A stretch of DNA of 57,580 bases, taken from a virus (lineage: Duplodnaviria; Heunggongvirae; Uroviricota; Caudoviricetes). The notes under the pieces were generated by a model. It saw only the letters and a list, made by a program, of their open reading frames with translations, made no database searches and was not told the origin of the DNA. Below, piece after piece: positions 10,157 to 19,296 of this stretch. The DNA lies in IMG/VR virus record IMGVR_UViG_2529293084_000006. The stretch is one strand, 5' to 3'. The position numbers and the translations under genes are program-made. How positions within the stretch are numbered: position 1 is the first letter of the stretch; every line of letters starts with the position of its first letter.

Positions 10157-10659
10157 CTGCGTCGTCGCTCAGGCTTCAGTGATTTACGTAATTCTCGCGC
10201 CAGAAAATAGCGTGTCCAGCTGCGGTTCTTTTCAAGCGTTTCCACCATAAAGTTATTACGTGGAGCCAGCCGCCAGCCGCTGCCACCGGATGCACCACGA
10301 TGATGACTACGACGACGTTTTGCTCCTCCCCGGACACCAAAAAACAGAAACGCCGGATAGAAGTCACCAGAGATCATCCGGTTCCCCTTCCCGTTGCGCT
10401 GGTTAGGGGCAATGCGTGTCATAAAACCGGCTCGCTTTTTACTGGCTCTCGGCACCATGTAACCAATCGAACGAGCCAGGCGTCCGGTCTGATAACCGGG
10501 GTTTTCACCCGGTGCCGACCGCGCACGGCGCATCACCAGCCGACGGGCATCACGCATATGACGCTGCCCAATCGTGACAAACGCCCGCCGGACACGGGCG
10601 CGGTTAAAGCGCATCTCGGCGGGCTGCTGAACATCAACGTGAAAAAAGGGAGTCGCCAT
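10153..10659 (-). CDS. Arg-rich phage head/tail joining protein (resembles HK97 gp10 family)
   Basis: 168-aa basic ORF between head-tail adaptor and tail genes; family assignment is from memory. Confidence 0.35.
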   Translation of the reverse strand: MATPFFHVDVQQPAEMRFNRARVRRAFVTIGQRHMRDARRLVMRRARSAPGENPGYQTGRLARSIGYMVPRASKKRAGFMTRIAPNQRNGKGNRMISGDFYPAFLFFGVRGGAKRRRSHHRGASGGSGWRLAPRNNFMVETLEKNRSWTRYFLARELRKSLKPERRRR

Positions 10660-11044
10660 TGCTGCCTCCGTGACTCTGCGTAAATTCGCCCAGTTCCGTA
10701 CACTCCAGCAGCAGAAAGCGCCGCGCCCCGTTCAGATCGCGCTGACGTTTCACCCGGTACACACTGTCATCACAGACCACCTCATAATCAGCAGTGATCC
10801 CGCGGCGGTAGCGAATGGTGATGTAATGGGTGATGGCGTCCCCGGTCTGCGCGGTTTCCTGCCAGGTGGTGGCACTGGTCTGGATAACCTTCGCCCATGC
10901 CCGGAACGCAACCGGGTATTGAGGCTCCACGCCAAAGTTATCCGCGGGCATATCCACCCGCTGGCGGATCAGGACGCGTTTATTCAGTTCGCCGGGGTCC
11001 GGCAGTATGTAGGTTGCGCTGGTCTGCGCCTGACGAATTTTCAT
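10634..11044 (-). CDS. Head-tail adaptor / head closure protein
   Basis: 136-aa ORF downstream of the connector gene in an HK97-type head module. Confidence 0.5.
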   Translation of the reverse strand: MKIRQAQTSATYILPDPGELNKRVLIRQRVDMPADNFGVEPQYPVAFRAWAKVIQTSATTWQETAQTGDAITHYITIRYRRGITADYEVVCDDSVYRVKRQRDLNGARRFLLLECTELGEFTQSHGGSNGDSLFSR

Positions 11045-11409
11045 AGTGGTATAAGGCGATAAGGAGCAACCAACCAGTTAAAACTCATTGGCAACTCCAT
11101 TTTCTCAACGTCTGTAACCGTTGAGCGGTTTTCGTAGAAATGGCTGACAAGTAGCAGAAGTGCCAGCTTCACATCATCAGATATCACAAGCCCATCAGGA
11201 TCATCCGCAGGCCTGTCATCTGCGGTTGCATACAACTTACGGTTAAGGAAGTTTTCCGTACGACTCTGAGCGGCCTTACCAAGCAGTTCAAGCAACTCAT
11301 CTTCATCAGAGAAATCATCATCCAGACGGAGCTGAAGCTTAATCTCTTCCATTTTTAACAGCATAAAACCTCCTGTGCCCGCCAGAACGCGGGCACAAAA
11401 AAACCGCAT
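11041..11409 (-). CDS. Head-tail connector protein (gp6-like)
   Basis: 122-aa acidic ORF immediately downstream of the major capsid gene. Confidence 0.55.
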   Translation of the reverse strand: MRFFCARVLAGTGGFMLLKMEEIKLQLRLDDDFSDEDELLELLGKAAQSRTENFLNRKLYATADDRPADDPDGLVISDDVKLALLLLVSHFYENRSTVTDVEKMELPMSFNWLVAPYRLIPL

Positions 11410-11442
11410 TACGCGGCGTGCTGTATTACGTAAAAAGACTAA

Positions 11443-12672
11443 TCAACCACCAACGCTACCTTTCCCCACCAGCGCTTTAATGGCAGAGGTGTCTTCCAGG
11501 ATACAGTCAAAACGATGGAAGGCCAGAAAACCGGTCTGATCATATTCCGCGTAACGCTCAACCAGACGTTTAAGAATCATGTATCGCACACGACGGATAA
11601 TGAAGCGATCAAAGTCACCACAGAACATGCATTTTTTACCCGCCCCGATATCATCAATTTCCTGATCAATGACATACGGTACATTCAACACTGAAGCAGG
11701 TGCCACACCAACAATATCCGGCAACCATAAAGGGCGTCCCTGACCGTCTTCCATCTCACTGATCAGTTTCAGCGTATTATCGTTAAACGCCAGGCGGAAT
11801 TTCGGTCCGCGACGATATGCAGGATCAATGCTGTGTTTCAGAGCCAGAATTTCCTGCCACTTCACCGTATTTGCCGCGGCAGTCTGTGTTGTGCCGGTCA
11901 CAGATGCGACCAGCCCTTTGGGTTGTTTAGGCGTACCAGCACCAGTTCCCTGAATCAGATAACGGGCTTCACCACGACCAATACGTTCAGCAATGCGACG
12001 GGCAAGATAAGCTTCCATATCGATCGCACTGTCCTGCAGCAACTCATTAGACACACGAATTATTTTCGATGTCATTTTGAGCGCCCCAAGGCTTCCCATA
12101 CCGAAATCGGTGTCTTCTTCACCGGCTTCTTCATTTTCGCCCAGCAGAACACCAACTTCGGAAGTACCATCAGCTGTTGCCCACTCCATAGTGCGACCGT
12201 CAGAAGTGGTAAGAATCTGCGCCACACTGGCGATGCCACCGTAGGATTTCATCTTCTCAACAACTTTCGCCAGGAATGTTTCTGGTACGGTATATCCGCC
12301 CTTTTCATCCTGAGCTACGCCCTGGGCACGAAGTTCACGCAACGCCTTTCGTTCTTCTGATGTCAGCTCACTGGCACCGTGACGCATCCACTTATCAAAA
12401 ACCTGAGCTCGTTTCTCATCCTGTTGTGGATTGTTTTCCGGATCAAGATTCTGACGCTGCTCTTCCTCATTGCTTTCAATGTACGCCTGATCCTGACGAC
12501 GCAGTTCTTCTTCGCGTGCAATTCGTTCATCAAGCGCTTCCAGTTCGGATTTTGCTTTGTTCCACTCAGTGCGCTGCTCTTCCGTCCATGCGTTATCACC
12601 AATTTTTTCATTCAGGGCGCGCATGTCAGTTGCGATAGTATTACGTTTCTGTTTCAGTTCATGCAGTTTCAT
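11443..12672 (-). CDS. Major capsid protein, HK97 family
   Basis: 409-aa ORF with an N-terminal charged coiled-coil delta-domain-like region followed by a capsid-sized body; follows the prohead protease gene. Confidence 0.8.
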   Translation of the reverse strand: MKLHELKQKRNTIATDMRALNEKIGDNAWTEEQRTEWNKAKSELEALDERIAREEELRRQDQAYIESNEEEQRQNLDPENNPQQDEKRAQVFDKWMRHGASELTSEERKALRELRAQGVAQDEKGGYTVPETFLAKVVEKMKSYGGIASVAQILTTSDGRTMEWATADGTSEVGVLLGENEEAGEEDTDFGMGSLGALKMTSKIIRVSNELLQDSAIDMEAYLARRIAERIGRGEARYLIQGTGAGTPKQPKGLVASVTGTTQTAAANTVKWQEILALKHSIDPAYRRGPKFRLAFNDNTLKLISEMEDGQGRPLWLPDIVGVAPASVLNVPYVIDQEIDDIGAGKKCMFCGDFDRFIIRRVRYMILKRLVERYAEYDQTGFLAFHRFDCILEDTSAIKALVGKGSVGG

Positions 12673-12682
12673 GATGTTTCCT

Positions 12683-13285
12683 TTACGCGTTAAGAAGGGT
12701 CAGGACGCGTTCACGCGCCATACGTTGATTAATGGCTTTCTGTAGCGCGCCGCTGTTGCGCGCCTCCTGCCATGCTTTCATGGAGCGAACAGCCGAGTCA
12801 GCCTCCTGATAGGCAGGATATGTCACAGGACTGACATCCAGCAGACGGGAAAAGCGGGTTATCTCGCGAATAACAACCCCGTCCTCATCCTGATACCACT
12901 CCTCGCCGTCACGGGCGACACGGAAAGCAAAAGATGACTGGTTAATATCTCCACGTTGCATCGGGGCCAGCACCAGATCACGAATGGTCTGTGTCTCCGG
13001 AGCCTGGATGTCATAGCGCAATCCGCGCTCATCAACTGAAAGATTCAGCGTGCCTGCTGCACTACGCCCAAGAATAAAATTAGGATCGTGGTTAAACAGT
13101 GCGCGTACATCATCACCAAGCACATCGTCAAAAGCGCCGGGCCGGATGATTTCGCGGAATGAACCAAATATCAGCTCAGAACGACAGTCAAACACCGATC
13201 CATAACCGATAATGTGCGCAGGGTTATCGTCATGCCGCTCAGCACGCACCTCACCGCTGTAACAACGGATTTCACGGTCATTCAT
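12683..13285 (-). CDS. Prohead protease, HK97 family
   Basis: ORF 12683..13342 trimmed to the ATG at 13285 (MNDREIR..., RBS GAGGGA upstream); sits between portal and major capsid. Confidence 0.7.
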   Translation of the reverse strand: MNDREIRCYSGEVRAERHDDNPAHIIGYGSVFDCRSELIFGSFREIIRPGAFDDVLGDDVRALFNHDPNFILGRSAAGTLNLSVDERGLRYDIQAPETQTIRDLVLAPMQRGDINQSSFAFRVARDGEEWYQDEDGVVIREITRFSRLLDVSPVTYPAYQEADSAVRSMKAWQEARNSGALQKAINQRMARERVLTLLNA

Positions 13286-13646
13286 TGGTTTTTCCCTCAT
13301 CATTTTTTGGGGGCTTAAAATCTCCTGCCGGGTTAGCAGCATTCACGCTTACCAGCATCTCATCCAGCCCTTCAACCGGATTCATATCCTCGAATGCGCG
13401 GGCTTCATTACGGCTCATCCATCCATCGGTAATAGCGAAGTGATAGAATTGCGCGCGCTCCTGCGGAGTTCCGCGTAAAAGCCCCGTCAGATTGAACCTA
13501 ACGTAATACCCGGCGGCTAACTCAGCGCGGGTAAACAAGCGACGGTTAAGCTCCTGCTCCCAGTTCGTTACCCACGGCATCATCGTGTAGCGGACAAACT
13601 GAATCGCCTGCGCAGAAATATTGGAGAATGTAACCAGGTGAATCAT
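13278..13646 (-). pseudogene. Portal protein C-terminal fragment (gene interrupted by the Mu-like insertion)
   Basis: 122-aa ORF; the frame ..VTFSNISAQ.. continues the N-terminal fragment ending ..INDLEKATF at 52920, so the two pieces reconstruct a ~415-aa HK97-type portal. Confidence 0.75.
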
Positions 13647-13815
13647 TTGATACCAACGAGGGTTTTAGTGAAAGGAGGTGAAATCACCTGTAAGATACTG
13701 AAATAAAACAGGTGATGTCTGGATGAGCGCTTAAAGTCTATTTGATACCGATTGTGCAATAATTAATCGTTTATTCTAAAATCGGCAAAACTTTTGATAC
13801 TGCGATCTCAACTTT
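13629..13815 (+). repeat. Mu-like left end with three transposase-binding repeats (L1-L3-like)
   Basis: TTTGATAC(C) at 13646, 13741 and 13793, i.e. about 17, 112 and 164 bp from the terminus, close to the Mu L1/L2/L3 spacing as I recall it; terminus begins TGTAACC. Confidence 0.6.
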
Positions 13816-13878
13816 TTAAAGCGTTTAAAACTTCATTAAATCTATATGGCAACTAACATACGGGCCAGCCTCGCCAAA

Positions 13879-14409
13879 CTAACCCGCTTTAGATTCTACC
13901 GGATTTGATTGCCTACTTGTCTCGGTTTTTTCCAAAATCTCTCTGACGCAATCGTCTGGCATATCTACAATCATCAACGCAGCCAGGCGCTTCCTGCCTT
14001 CTAGTTGTAATAAATCCTGGTTTTCTTTATCCAGCAGTGTCAGAACCGTCTCTACACCTTTGCGAGCAAGGAGATTGGTTAACTGTTCTCGTTCGTCTTT
14101 CGTAAGGAATGAAAGCATCTGTGTAAGTTGATCTCCCTTATCACCAGAACAACCAAAATTACCACAAATACCAACATCGTTTGGTGATTCACCCTTGCCC
14201 TCTTTAAGCCACTCAAGACTAACTCCTTCACTTTCAGAAATTCGTATAAGGATACTTTCTCTGGGGGCTGGTTGTGTTTGTCCTCCCTTGAAATAGCTGT
14301 TTAATGTGTTGATATTGATTCCCCACGCTCTGGCAGCTGCACTTCTTGAAGGGTAGCGCTTTGTAAGCATTCCAATACGTTCAATAACAGGTTCTTTTCC
14401 CTGCGACAT
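13879..14409 (-). CDS. Prophage repressor (Mu c-like position), HTH DNA-binding protein
   Basis: ORF 13879..14484 trimmed to ATG at 14409 (MSQGKEP..., RBS AGAGG); N-terminal helix-turn-helix; divergent from ner with a palindrome-rich operator region between. Confidence 0.6.
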   Translation of the reverse strand: MSQGKEPVIERIGMLTKRYPSRSAAARAWGININTLNSYFKGGQTQPAPRESILIRISESEGVSLEWLKEGKGESPNDVGICGNFGCSGDKGDQLTQMLSFLTKDEREQLTNLLARKGVETVLTLLDKENQDLLQLEGRKRLAALMIVDMPDDCVREILEKTETSRQSNPVESKAG

Positions 14410-14491
14410 AAAGATACCTCTTGGTGCTTTTCTAAGGAAAGGTTTCTTTCTATTTATCCAATTGAAAAATAAGGATAAAAGCAAAAATTAG

Positions 14492-14529
14492 CCAAAATAC
14501 CAAAAATACCTTGATTTGGTATTTTTGGT
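14492..14529. promoter_or_regulatory. Candidate operator: perfect 12-bp inverted repeat ACCAAAAATACC-7bp-GGTATTTTTGGT with an adjacent CCAAAATAC direct copy
   Basis: Read directly in the c-ner intergenic region. Confidence 0.45.
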
Positions 14530-14539
14530 GATGCATTAT

Positions 14540-14579
14540 TTACCCGTGCAGATATCCGCACGAATATCCGCGCGGGTAA
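14540..14579. promoter_or_regulatory. Second operator-like element: TTACCCG ... CGGGTAA arms enclosing direct repeats GATATCCGCA / GAATATCCGCG
   Basis: Read directly; 20-60 bp upstream of the ner start, where the early promoter is expected. Confidence 0.4.
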
Positions 14580-14599
14580 CTTTTTAGAATAGAGGAAGT

Positions 14600-14848
14600 A
14601 TGAGTAGAAGAGAAGTTTCAGATCACGATTGGCCGCCTGAAATCATCAAGGCGCGCTTACACATGGCTGGCTTATCACTGCGCTCTTTATCTTTAAAGGC
14701 TGGTTACAGCAGGGATTCGCTGAAAAGCGTATTACGTACTCCTTGCCGACCGTATCAGCAAATAATTGCTGATGCTCTTGGGGTATCGCCTGAAGAAATC
14801 TGGCCCAGTAGATACCAGGTTAAGAGCTATATGAGAAAGGCGTCATGA
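14600..14848 (+). CDS. ner: Ner-like DNA-binding early regulator
   Basis: 82-aa protein; C-terminal ..IIADALGVSPEEIWPSRYQ matches the Mu Ner / Nlp family motif (EVIWPSRYQ). Confidence 0.8.
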   Translation: MSRREVSDHDWPPEIIKARLHMAGLSLRSLSLKAGYSRDSLKSVLRTPCRPYQQIIADALGVSPEEIWPSRYQVKSYMRKAS

Positions 14849-14849
14849 T

Positions 14850-16940
14850 ATGTATGTCATTGCAAAAGAACTGATTGGCGCGCCCGGAATGCCTGCTACA
14901 ACAAAAGGTATTCGCCAGGCATTACAACGTTACGTACAAGGGAAAAGCTGTTGTTCCCGTCGTCGCTCAGGCTCTAAAGCAACTGAATACAGCATCGACT
15001 GTTTACCTGAAGTGACGCAGCAGGCATTACGTGAACGTTATGCCCTGCAACTGATGACGCAAAAAGCCGATGAATCACCGGCTCCGGTGGTGACAAAGGC
15101 CAGACGCTCATCTGACGTGGTTGATGCGGTGGAGGCATATCGCGGATCACCACAACTGATGGTCGAACGCCTCAATGCCCTGACTGAAAACCAGCGCCAG
15201 GTGGCTGATGCACGAATCGCGATCGTCAGCGAAGTGATGAAAGTCGCGCAACAACCCGGTTTCAGCTGCGCGAAGGCTATCCGGTTTATCGTTGACAACC
15301 TGGCACGTTCACAGCTGGACGAGCGCATTGTGGCAATGGTTGAGACGGCGAACGCCAAAAAGGGAAACAGCCGTGCGTTGAGTGAAATCACGCTGAAGCG
15401 ATGGATTGCGGCCTTTAACAAGGCACAGAACGCCGCTGAACGCCTGCTTTTACTGGCACCGGGTAAACGCCAGGAAATAAAAGCCGAAGATATTAACTGG
15501 CTGCCCGAATTTCTGGCGCAGTATCGCCAGTCAAACGGCCGACCAATGACCGAGGCTTACGAGGATTTTGTCGCTGAATGGCAGCACCGGCACGCTGATG
15601 AGCCTTATATGCTCGATATCATGCCGTCTTATGACACCATTCGCCGCGCAATGAAGAAACTGCCGGAAGTGGTGAAACAAAAAGGCCGGGTGACCGGCAG
15701 TGAATACCGCCAGCTTGAGGGATTCACGCGCCGCGACTGGTCCAGAATGCCGGTGAATTATGTCTGGATTGGTGACGGTCACGGCATGAAGCTGAAATGC
15801 GCGCACCCGGTTCACGGGCGGCCATTTGCACCGGAAGTAACCTTTGTTATCGATGGCGGCACGCGCTTTGTGGTGGGCTGGAGCCTTGACCTGGCTGAAA
15901 ATGTTTTCGCCGTAGCCGGTGCCATACAGCACGGCATTCGCCATCACGGCAAACCGTTTCTGTATTACTCGGATAACGGTTCCGGGGAAACCGCCGACAT
16001 CCTGGATAAGGAGATTGTGGGGATACTGCCACGACTGGGGATTAATCACCCGACAGGGATTGCCGGTAACCCGCAGGGACGGGGCATTATCGAACGGCTT
16101 AACCGCACATTACCGATGCGCATAGCCCGTAAATACCGCACCTATTTCGGGAAAGGTGCAGATCGCGAGACGTTACGCAAAACCAACCGCGATTTACGCT
16201 CGGCATTTACCGCCCTGCAACAGGGCAAACGGCTGAACGCCCGGCAGCAGTCAGCGATGCGTGATTTACCGTCCTGGGCTGAACTGATTGATGCCATTCG
16301 TGATGGTGTTGAGTGGTACAACAACCGGCCGCACGATGAATTACCGGTGAAGCCGAACGGCAAGCATTACAGCCCGGCGGAGTTCAGAAAAAAACGCCTG
16401 GCGGAAGAGGACACGGAAATTGAATGGCTGTCCGATGTTGAGCTGCGGGATATGTTCCGGCCGATGGTGGAACGCCCTGTTAGACGCTGTGAAATACGCT
16501 GGCTGAATAATATTTACTACGCGCCCGAGCTGCGTGACGAGCATGGCCGTAAGGTGCTTATCAGCTATGACATTCATGATGCCGAACGAATTATCGTACG
16601 TCGCCTGGATGGCAGCGTGATTTGCGAGGCGGTATGGGACGGCAATAAACGCGAAGCCTTCCCGGTCAGCGCGGAATACTACAAACAGCAGCAACGCCTT
16701 AAAGGCATGCGTAAACGCGCAGAGGAAAAAATCCGTGATGCCGAGGATGAGGTGGTCAACGTGCTGGAGCACAAGCCGCAGGAGCCCTGGCTGGAAAACA
16801 TCTATCGCCCGGTAGGTAATACGGTGGCCGTTCAGCAACCTGCCGTTGATGATGAGCCTGATGAAGAATACGAGCGTAATTTCCAGCGGGGATTGCAGTT
16901 GCTGGAAGCGAAATTAAAAGAAAATGACCCGCTGGCCTGA
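14850..16940 (+). CDS. A: Mu-type DDE transposase A
   Basis: 696-aa ORF immediately after ner and before the B ATPase; N-terminal DNA-binding region resembles MuA; size as MuA. Confidence 0.85.
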   Translation: MYVIAKELIGAPGMPATTKGIRQALQRYVQGKSCCSRRRSGSKATEYSIDCLPEVTQQALRERYALQLMTQKADESPAPVVTKARRSSDVVDAVEAYRGSPQLMVERLNALTENQRQVADARIAIVSEVMKVAQQPGFSCAKAIRFIVDNLARSQLDERIVAMVETANAKKGNSRALSEITLKRWIAAFNKAQNAAERLLLLAPGKRQEIKAEDINWLPEFLAQYRQSNGRPMTEAYEDFVAEWQHRHADEPYMLDIMPSYDTIRRAMKKLPEVVKQKGRVTGSEYRQLEGFTRRDWSRMPVNYVWIGDGHGMKLKCAHPVHGRPFAPEVTFVIDGGTRFVVGWSLDLAENVFAVAGAIQHGIRHHGKPFLYYSDNGSGETADILDKEIVGILPRLGINHPTGIAGNPQGRGIIERLNRTLPMRIARKYRTYFGKGADRETLRKTNRDLRSAFTALQQGKRLNARQQSAMRDLPSWAELIDAIRDGVEWYNNRPHDELPVKPNGKHYSPAEFRKKRLAEEDTEIEWLSDVELRDMFRPMVERPVRRCEIRWLNNIYYAPELRDEHGRKVLISYDIHDAERIIVRRLDGSVICEAVWDGNKREAFPVSAEYYKQQQRLKGMRKRAEEKIRDAEDEVVNVLEHKPQEPWLENIYRPVGNTVAVQQPAVDDEPDEEYERNFQRGLQLLEAKLKENDPLA

Positions 16941-16947
16941 AATAAAA

Positions 16948-16977
16948 AAATAACCCGAGCGGCGACTCAGGTTATTT
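16948..16977 (+). terminator. Hairpin in the A-B intergenic region (possible attenuator)
   Basis: AAATAACCCGAG-CGGCGA-CTCAGGTTATTT, about 11 bp stem with one mismatch, followed by T-rich sequence. Confidence 0.3.
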
Positions 16978-17011
16978 GATTAAACAAGGTATCAAATGAG
17001 AGGTTAATAAT

Positions 17012-17944
17012 ATGACTGATATTAACGATGTAATCAAGACCATTGATGAACTTATTGATGGCGGCGTACTGACGCAGTATGCCATCGCCAGAGAGGCGGG
17101 AATTTCCGACGGCACATTATCGGCTTTCCGCAAGGGGAAATATAAAGGCGATAACGCCGCTGTGGCTGCTTCCCTGCGTTCCTGGTATGAAAACTGGAAT
17201 AAACAAAGCGCACTGCCGGAACCGCCGCAGTTTGTGGAAACGCAGACAGTTCAGGAGCTGCGCGCACTGTTTCAGGCGGTTCGCCTGATGGGCTGTATTA
17301 ACGTCATTGTGGGCGTGCCGGGGGTAGGTAAAACGGCCACCGCCCGTAATTACTGCCAGGAGCAACCAAACACCTGGATGATCACCCTGTCACCCGCGCA
17401 CTCCAGCGTCACGGAGTGTCTGCTGGAGCTGGCCGATGCGCTGGGGATTGATTACACCCGCGCGAACAAAGGGGCATTATCCCGCGCCATCCGCCGTCGC
17501 CTGATGGGAACGCGTGGACTGGTGATTGTGGATGAGGCGGATCATCTTGGTATTGACGGTCTGGAGCAACTCCGGGCAATTCAGGACGCCACGGGGATCG
17601 GGATGGTGCTTATTGGTAACCCGCGCGGATTGTTTAAAGGTGGACGCCGCGCCTTTGATGATTTATCGCGCCTGTTCAGCCGTCTTGCCCGTACAAAACA
17701 ACTTCGCAAGGCCAAAAAGGCGGATGTGCTGGCCATTGCCAGGGCATGGGGTATCAGTGGTGAGGCCGAGCTGGCCGTCATGCAGGCTATCGCTGAAAAG
17801 CCGGGAGCGTTACGCGTTCTGACACATACGCTTAACCAGGCGTGGCTCACCGCCAGCGGTGAAGGTGCGGCGCTGACAGAAAAACATATTAATGCGGCCT
17901 TTAAAGAGGTTTATACCAACCCTGAATTACTCTCACAGGTGTGA
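17012..17944 (+). CDS. B: Mu B-type AAA+ ATPase (transposition target DNA activator)
   Basis: 310 aa; Walker A GVPGVGKT; N-terminal HTH; follows the transposase. Confidence 0.85.
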   Translation: MTDINDVIKTIDELIDGGVLTQYAIAREAGISDGTLSAFRKGKYKGDNAAVAASLRSWYENWNKQSALPEPPQFVETQTVQELRALFQAVRLMGCINVIVGVPGVGKTATARNYCQEQPNTWMITLSPAHSSVTECLLELADALGIDYTRANKGALSRAIRRRLMGTRGLVIVDEADHLGIDGLEQLRAIQDATGIGMVLIGNPRGLFKGGRRAFDDLSRLFSRLARTKQLRKAKKADVLAIARAWGISGEAELAVMQAIAEKPGALRVLTHTLNQAWLTASGEGAALTEKHINAAFKEVYTNPELLSQV

Positions 17945-17946
17945 TT

Positions 17947-18168
17947 ATGGCGGTATTTTATATTCCTGATATTTACGGACGCTTTTACCTGGTTAATTTC
18001 GATAACGTGAAGGTGATTTCACTGGCCGAAAATAAAGAATGTGGCGATTTACTTTTTGAATTTAATGACCGCACACGAATGGTGATATCTGCCGGACTTG
18101 ATCGCGAAGGTGCGACAGAAGTTTACAGCGGAATATGCCGTTCTGTTGGTGCGAAACAAGTCAGCTAA
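17947..18168 (+). CDS. Small early protein at the Mu kil position
   Basis: ORF 17941..18168 trimmed to ATG at 17947 (73 aa); first gene after B as kil is in Mu; assignment by position only. Confidence 0.3.
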   Translation: MAVFYIPDIYGRFYLVNFDNVKVISLAENKECGDLLFEFNDRTRMVISAGLDREGATEVYSGICRSVGAKQVS

Positions 18169-18180
18169 ATGAGGTGTTAT

Positions 18181-18435
18181 ATGAATATGCAATCCTGCGG
18201 TAACAAAATGAATTTATTCGACTCCCTGAACAGCGCGCGCCGTCTGACCGAACTTGCCGGTGCGGTACTGGAACGCAGTAAGCGCTATCCGCAACGTTTT
18301 GCACTGAAAACCACGCCGCCGGCAGGCAACGTGCAGGGAACCGGTGAAATTGAAATCACCATACAGACCAACGGCCTGCGCCGCCGTGTGAAGGCCACCC
18401 GCATCAGCGGCTGCACGGTTTACTGGGAGGTGTGA
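18181..18435 (+). CDS. Hypothetical early protein
   Basis: ORF 18169..18435 trimmed to ATG at 18181 with GAGGTG RBS. Confidence 0.4.
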   Translation: MNMQSCGNKMNLFDSLNSARRLTELAGAVLERSKRYPQRFALKTTPPAGNVQGTGEIEITIQTNGLRRRVKATRISGCTVYWEV

Positions 18436-18436
18436 G

Positions 18437-18718
18437 GTGAAACGAAATCTCATTGCATGGGCGTGGTCGAGTGGTCTTATTGAGTTTGGTTACGTCCTGC
18501 CAGAAGGTGCATTGCCGATAGTTGCCGGAAAGCCTGCCACGGTACGGCATGTGATTGAGGTTATGGCGCGTCATGGACGTGATGAACAGAAGCAGTTACT
18601 GGTTCCGGGGATACCGGAAGCGGTGACGGAGGAAGAAGCCTTTAATGCCATGATTCGGTTCTGCCGTGAGGTCAGACGCCGGGTCAGTTATCCAAACAGA
18701 ACGAGGACCAGAGGATGA
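18437..18718 (+). CDS. Hypothetical early protein
   Basis: 93-aa ORF, GTG start preceded by GGAGG. Confidence 0.4.
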   Translation: MKRNLIAWAWSSGLIEFGYVLPEGALPIVAGKPATVRHVIEVMARHGRDEQKQLLVPGIPEAVTEEEAFNAMIRFCREVRRRVSYPNRTRTRG

Positions 18719-18987
18719 GTAAAGTCGTACGCATTATTTTCGAATACAAGGAAGACGTTATCTGTAAAAACTCTGATGGCAGTGCGCACATGGGGGTAAG
18801 TCTGGATATACGGTCAACCGGAATAAAGAAGAAAGATAATGGACCCGCCACGATTTTTGGAGTGGTTATGCTCGCGGAAAGCAGAAACTTCGCAGAGCTT
18901 GTGGCAATGAAAGCCAGTGCATTCATGAAAGACAGGGGCATGGCTTCCGGGGTTATTAACGGTAATGAATTTAATCAGCAGGGGTAA
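18715..18987 (+). CDS. Hypothetical early protein (tandem paralog 1)
   Basis: Begins MSKVVRIIFEY...; the next gene begins MSKVRVIFEF... Confidence 0.45.
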   Translation: MSKVVRIIFEYKEDVICKNSDGSAHMGVSLDIRSTGIKKKDNGPATIFGVVMLAESRNFAELVAMKASAFMKDRGMASGVINGNEFNQQG

Positions 18988-18991
18988 TTCC

Positions 18992-19285
18992 ATGAGCAAA
19001 GTACGCGTTATTTTTGAATTTAACCACGTAATGCATGAAGTAAAGCCAGCCGGTAATGATAGTCAGGAAATCACGGAGGGGGTTACTGCCACTGTAAAAG
19101 TCGAACGTGATACGGAGAACAGACCGACAGGCCCATGTGATGTTTATGCGCAAATTCTTAAATATCACAGCCCCACAATTATTCAGTTTCTGACAGATGA
19201 ACTACAGGGTTCCATGCAGGCCATGGGGGTAAGCAGCTCCGTTGAACGCCGTTCTGTTCAGAACGGACCAGATACATTGCAATAA
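18992..19285 (+). CDS. Hypothetical early protein (tandem paralog 2)
   Basis: ORF 18965..19285 trimmed to ATG at 18992; N-terminus paralogous to 18715..18987. Confidence 0.45.
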   Translation: MSKVRVIFEFNHVMHEVKPAGNDSQEITEGVTATVKVERDTENRPTGPCDVYAQILKYHSPTIIQFLTDELQGSMQAMGVSSSVERRSVQNGPDTLQ

Positions 19286-19296
19286 GGAAAAACAAA

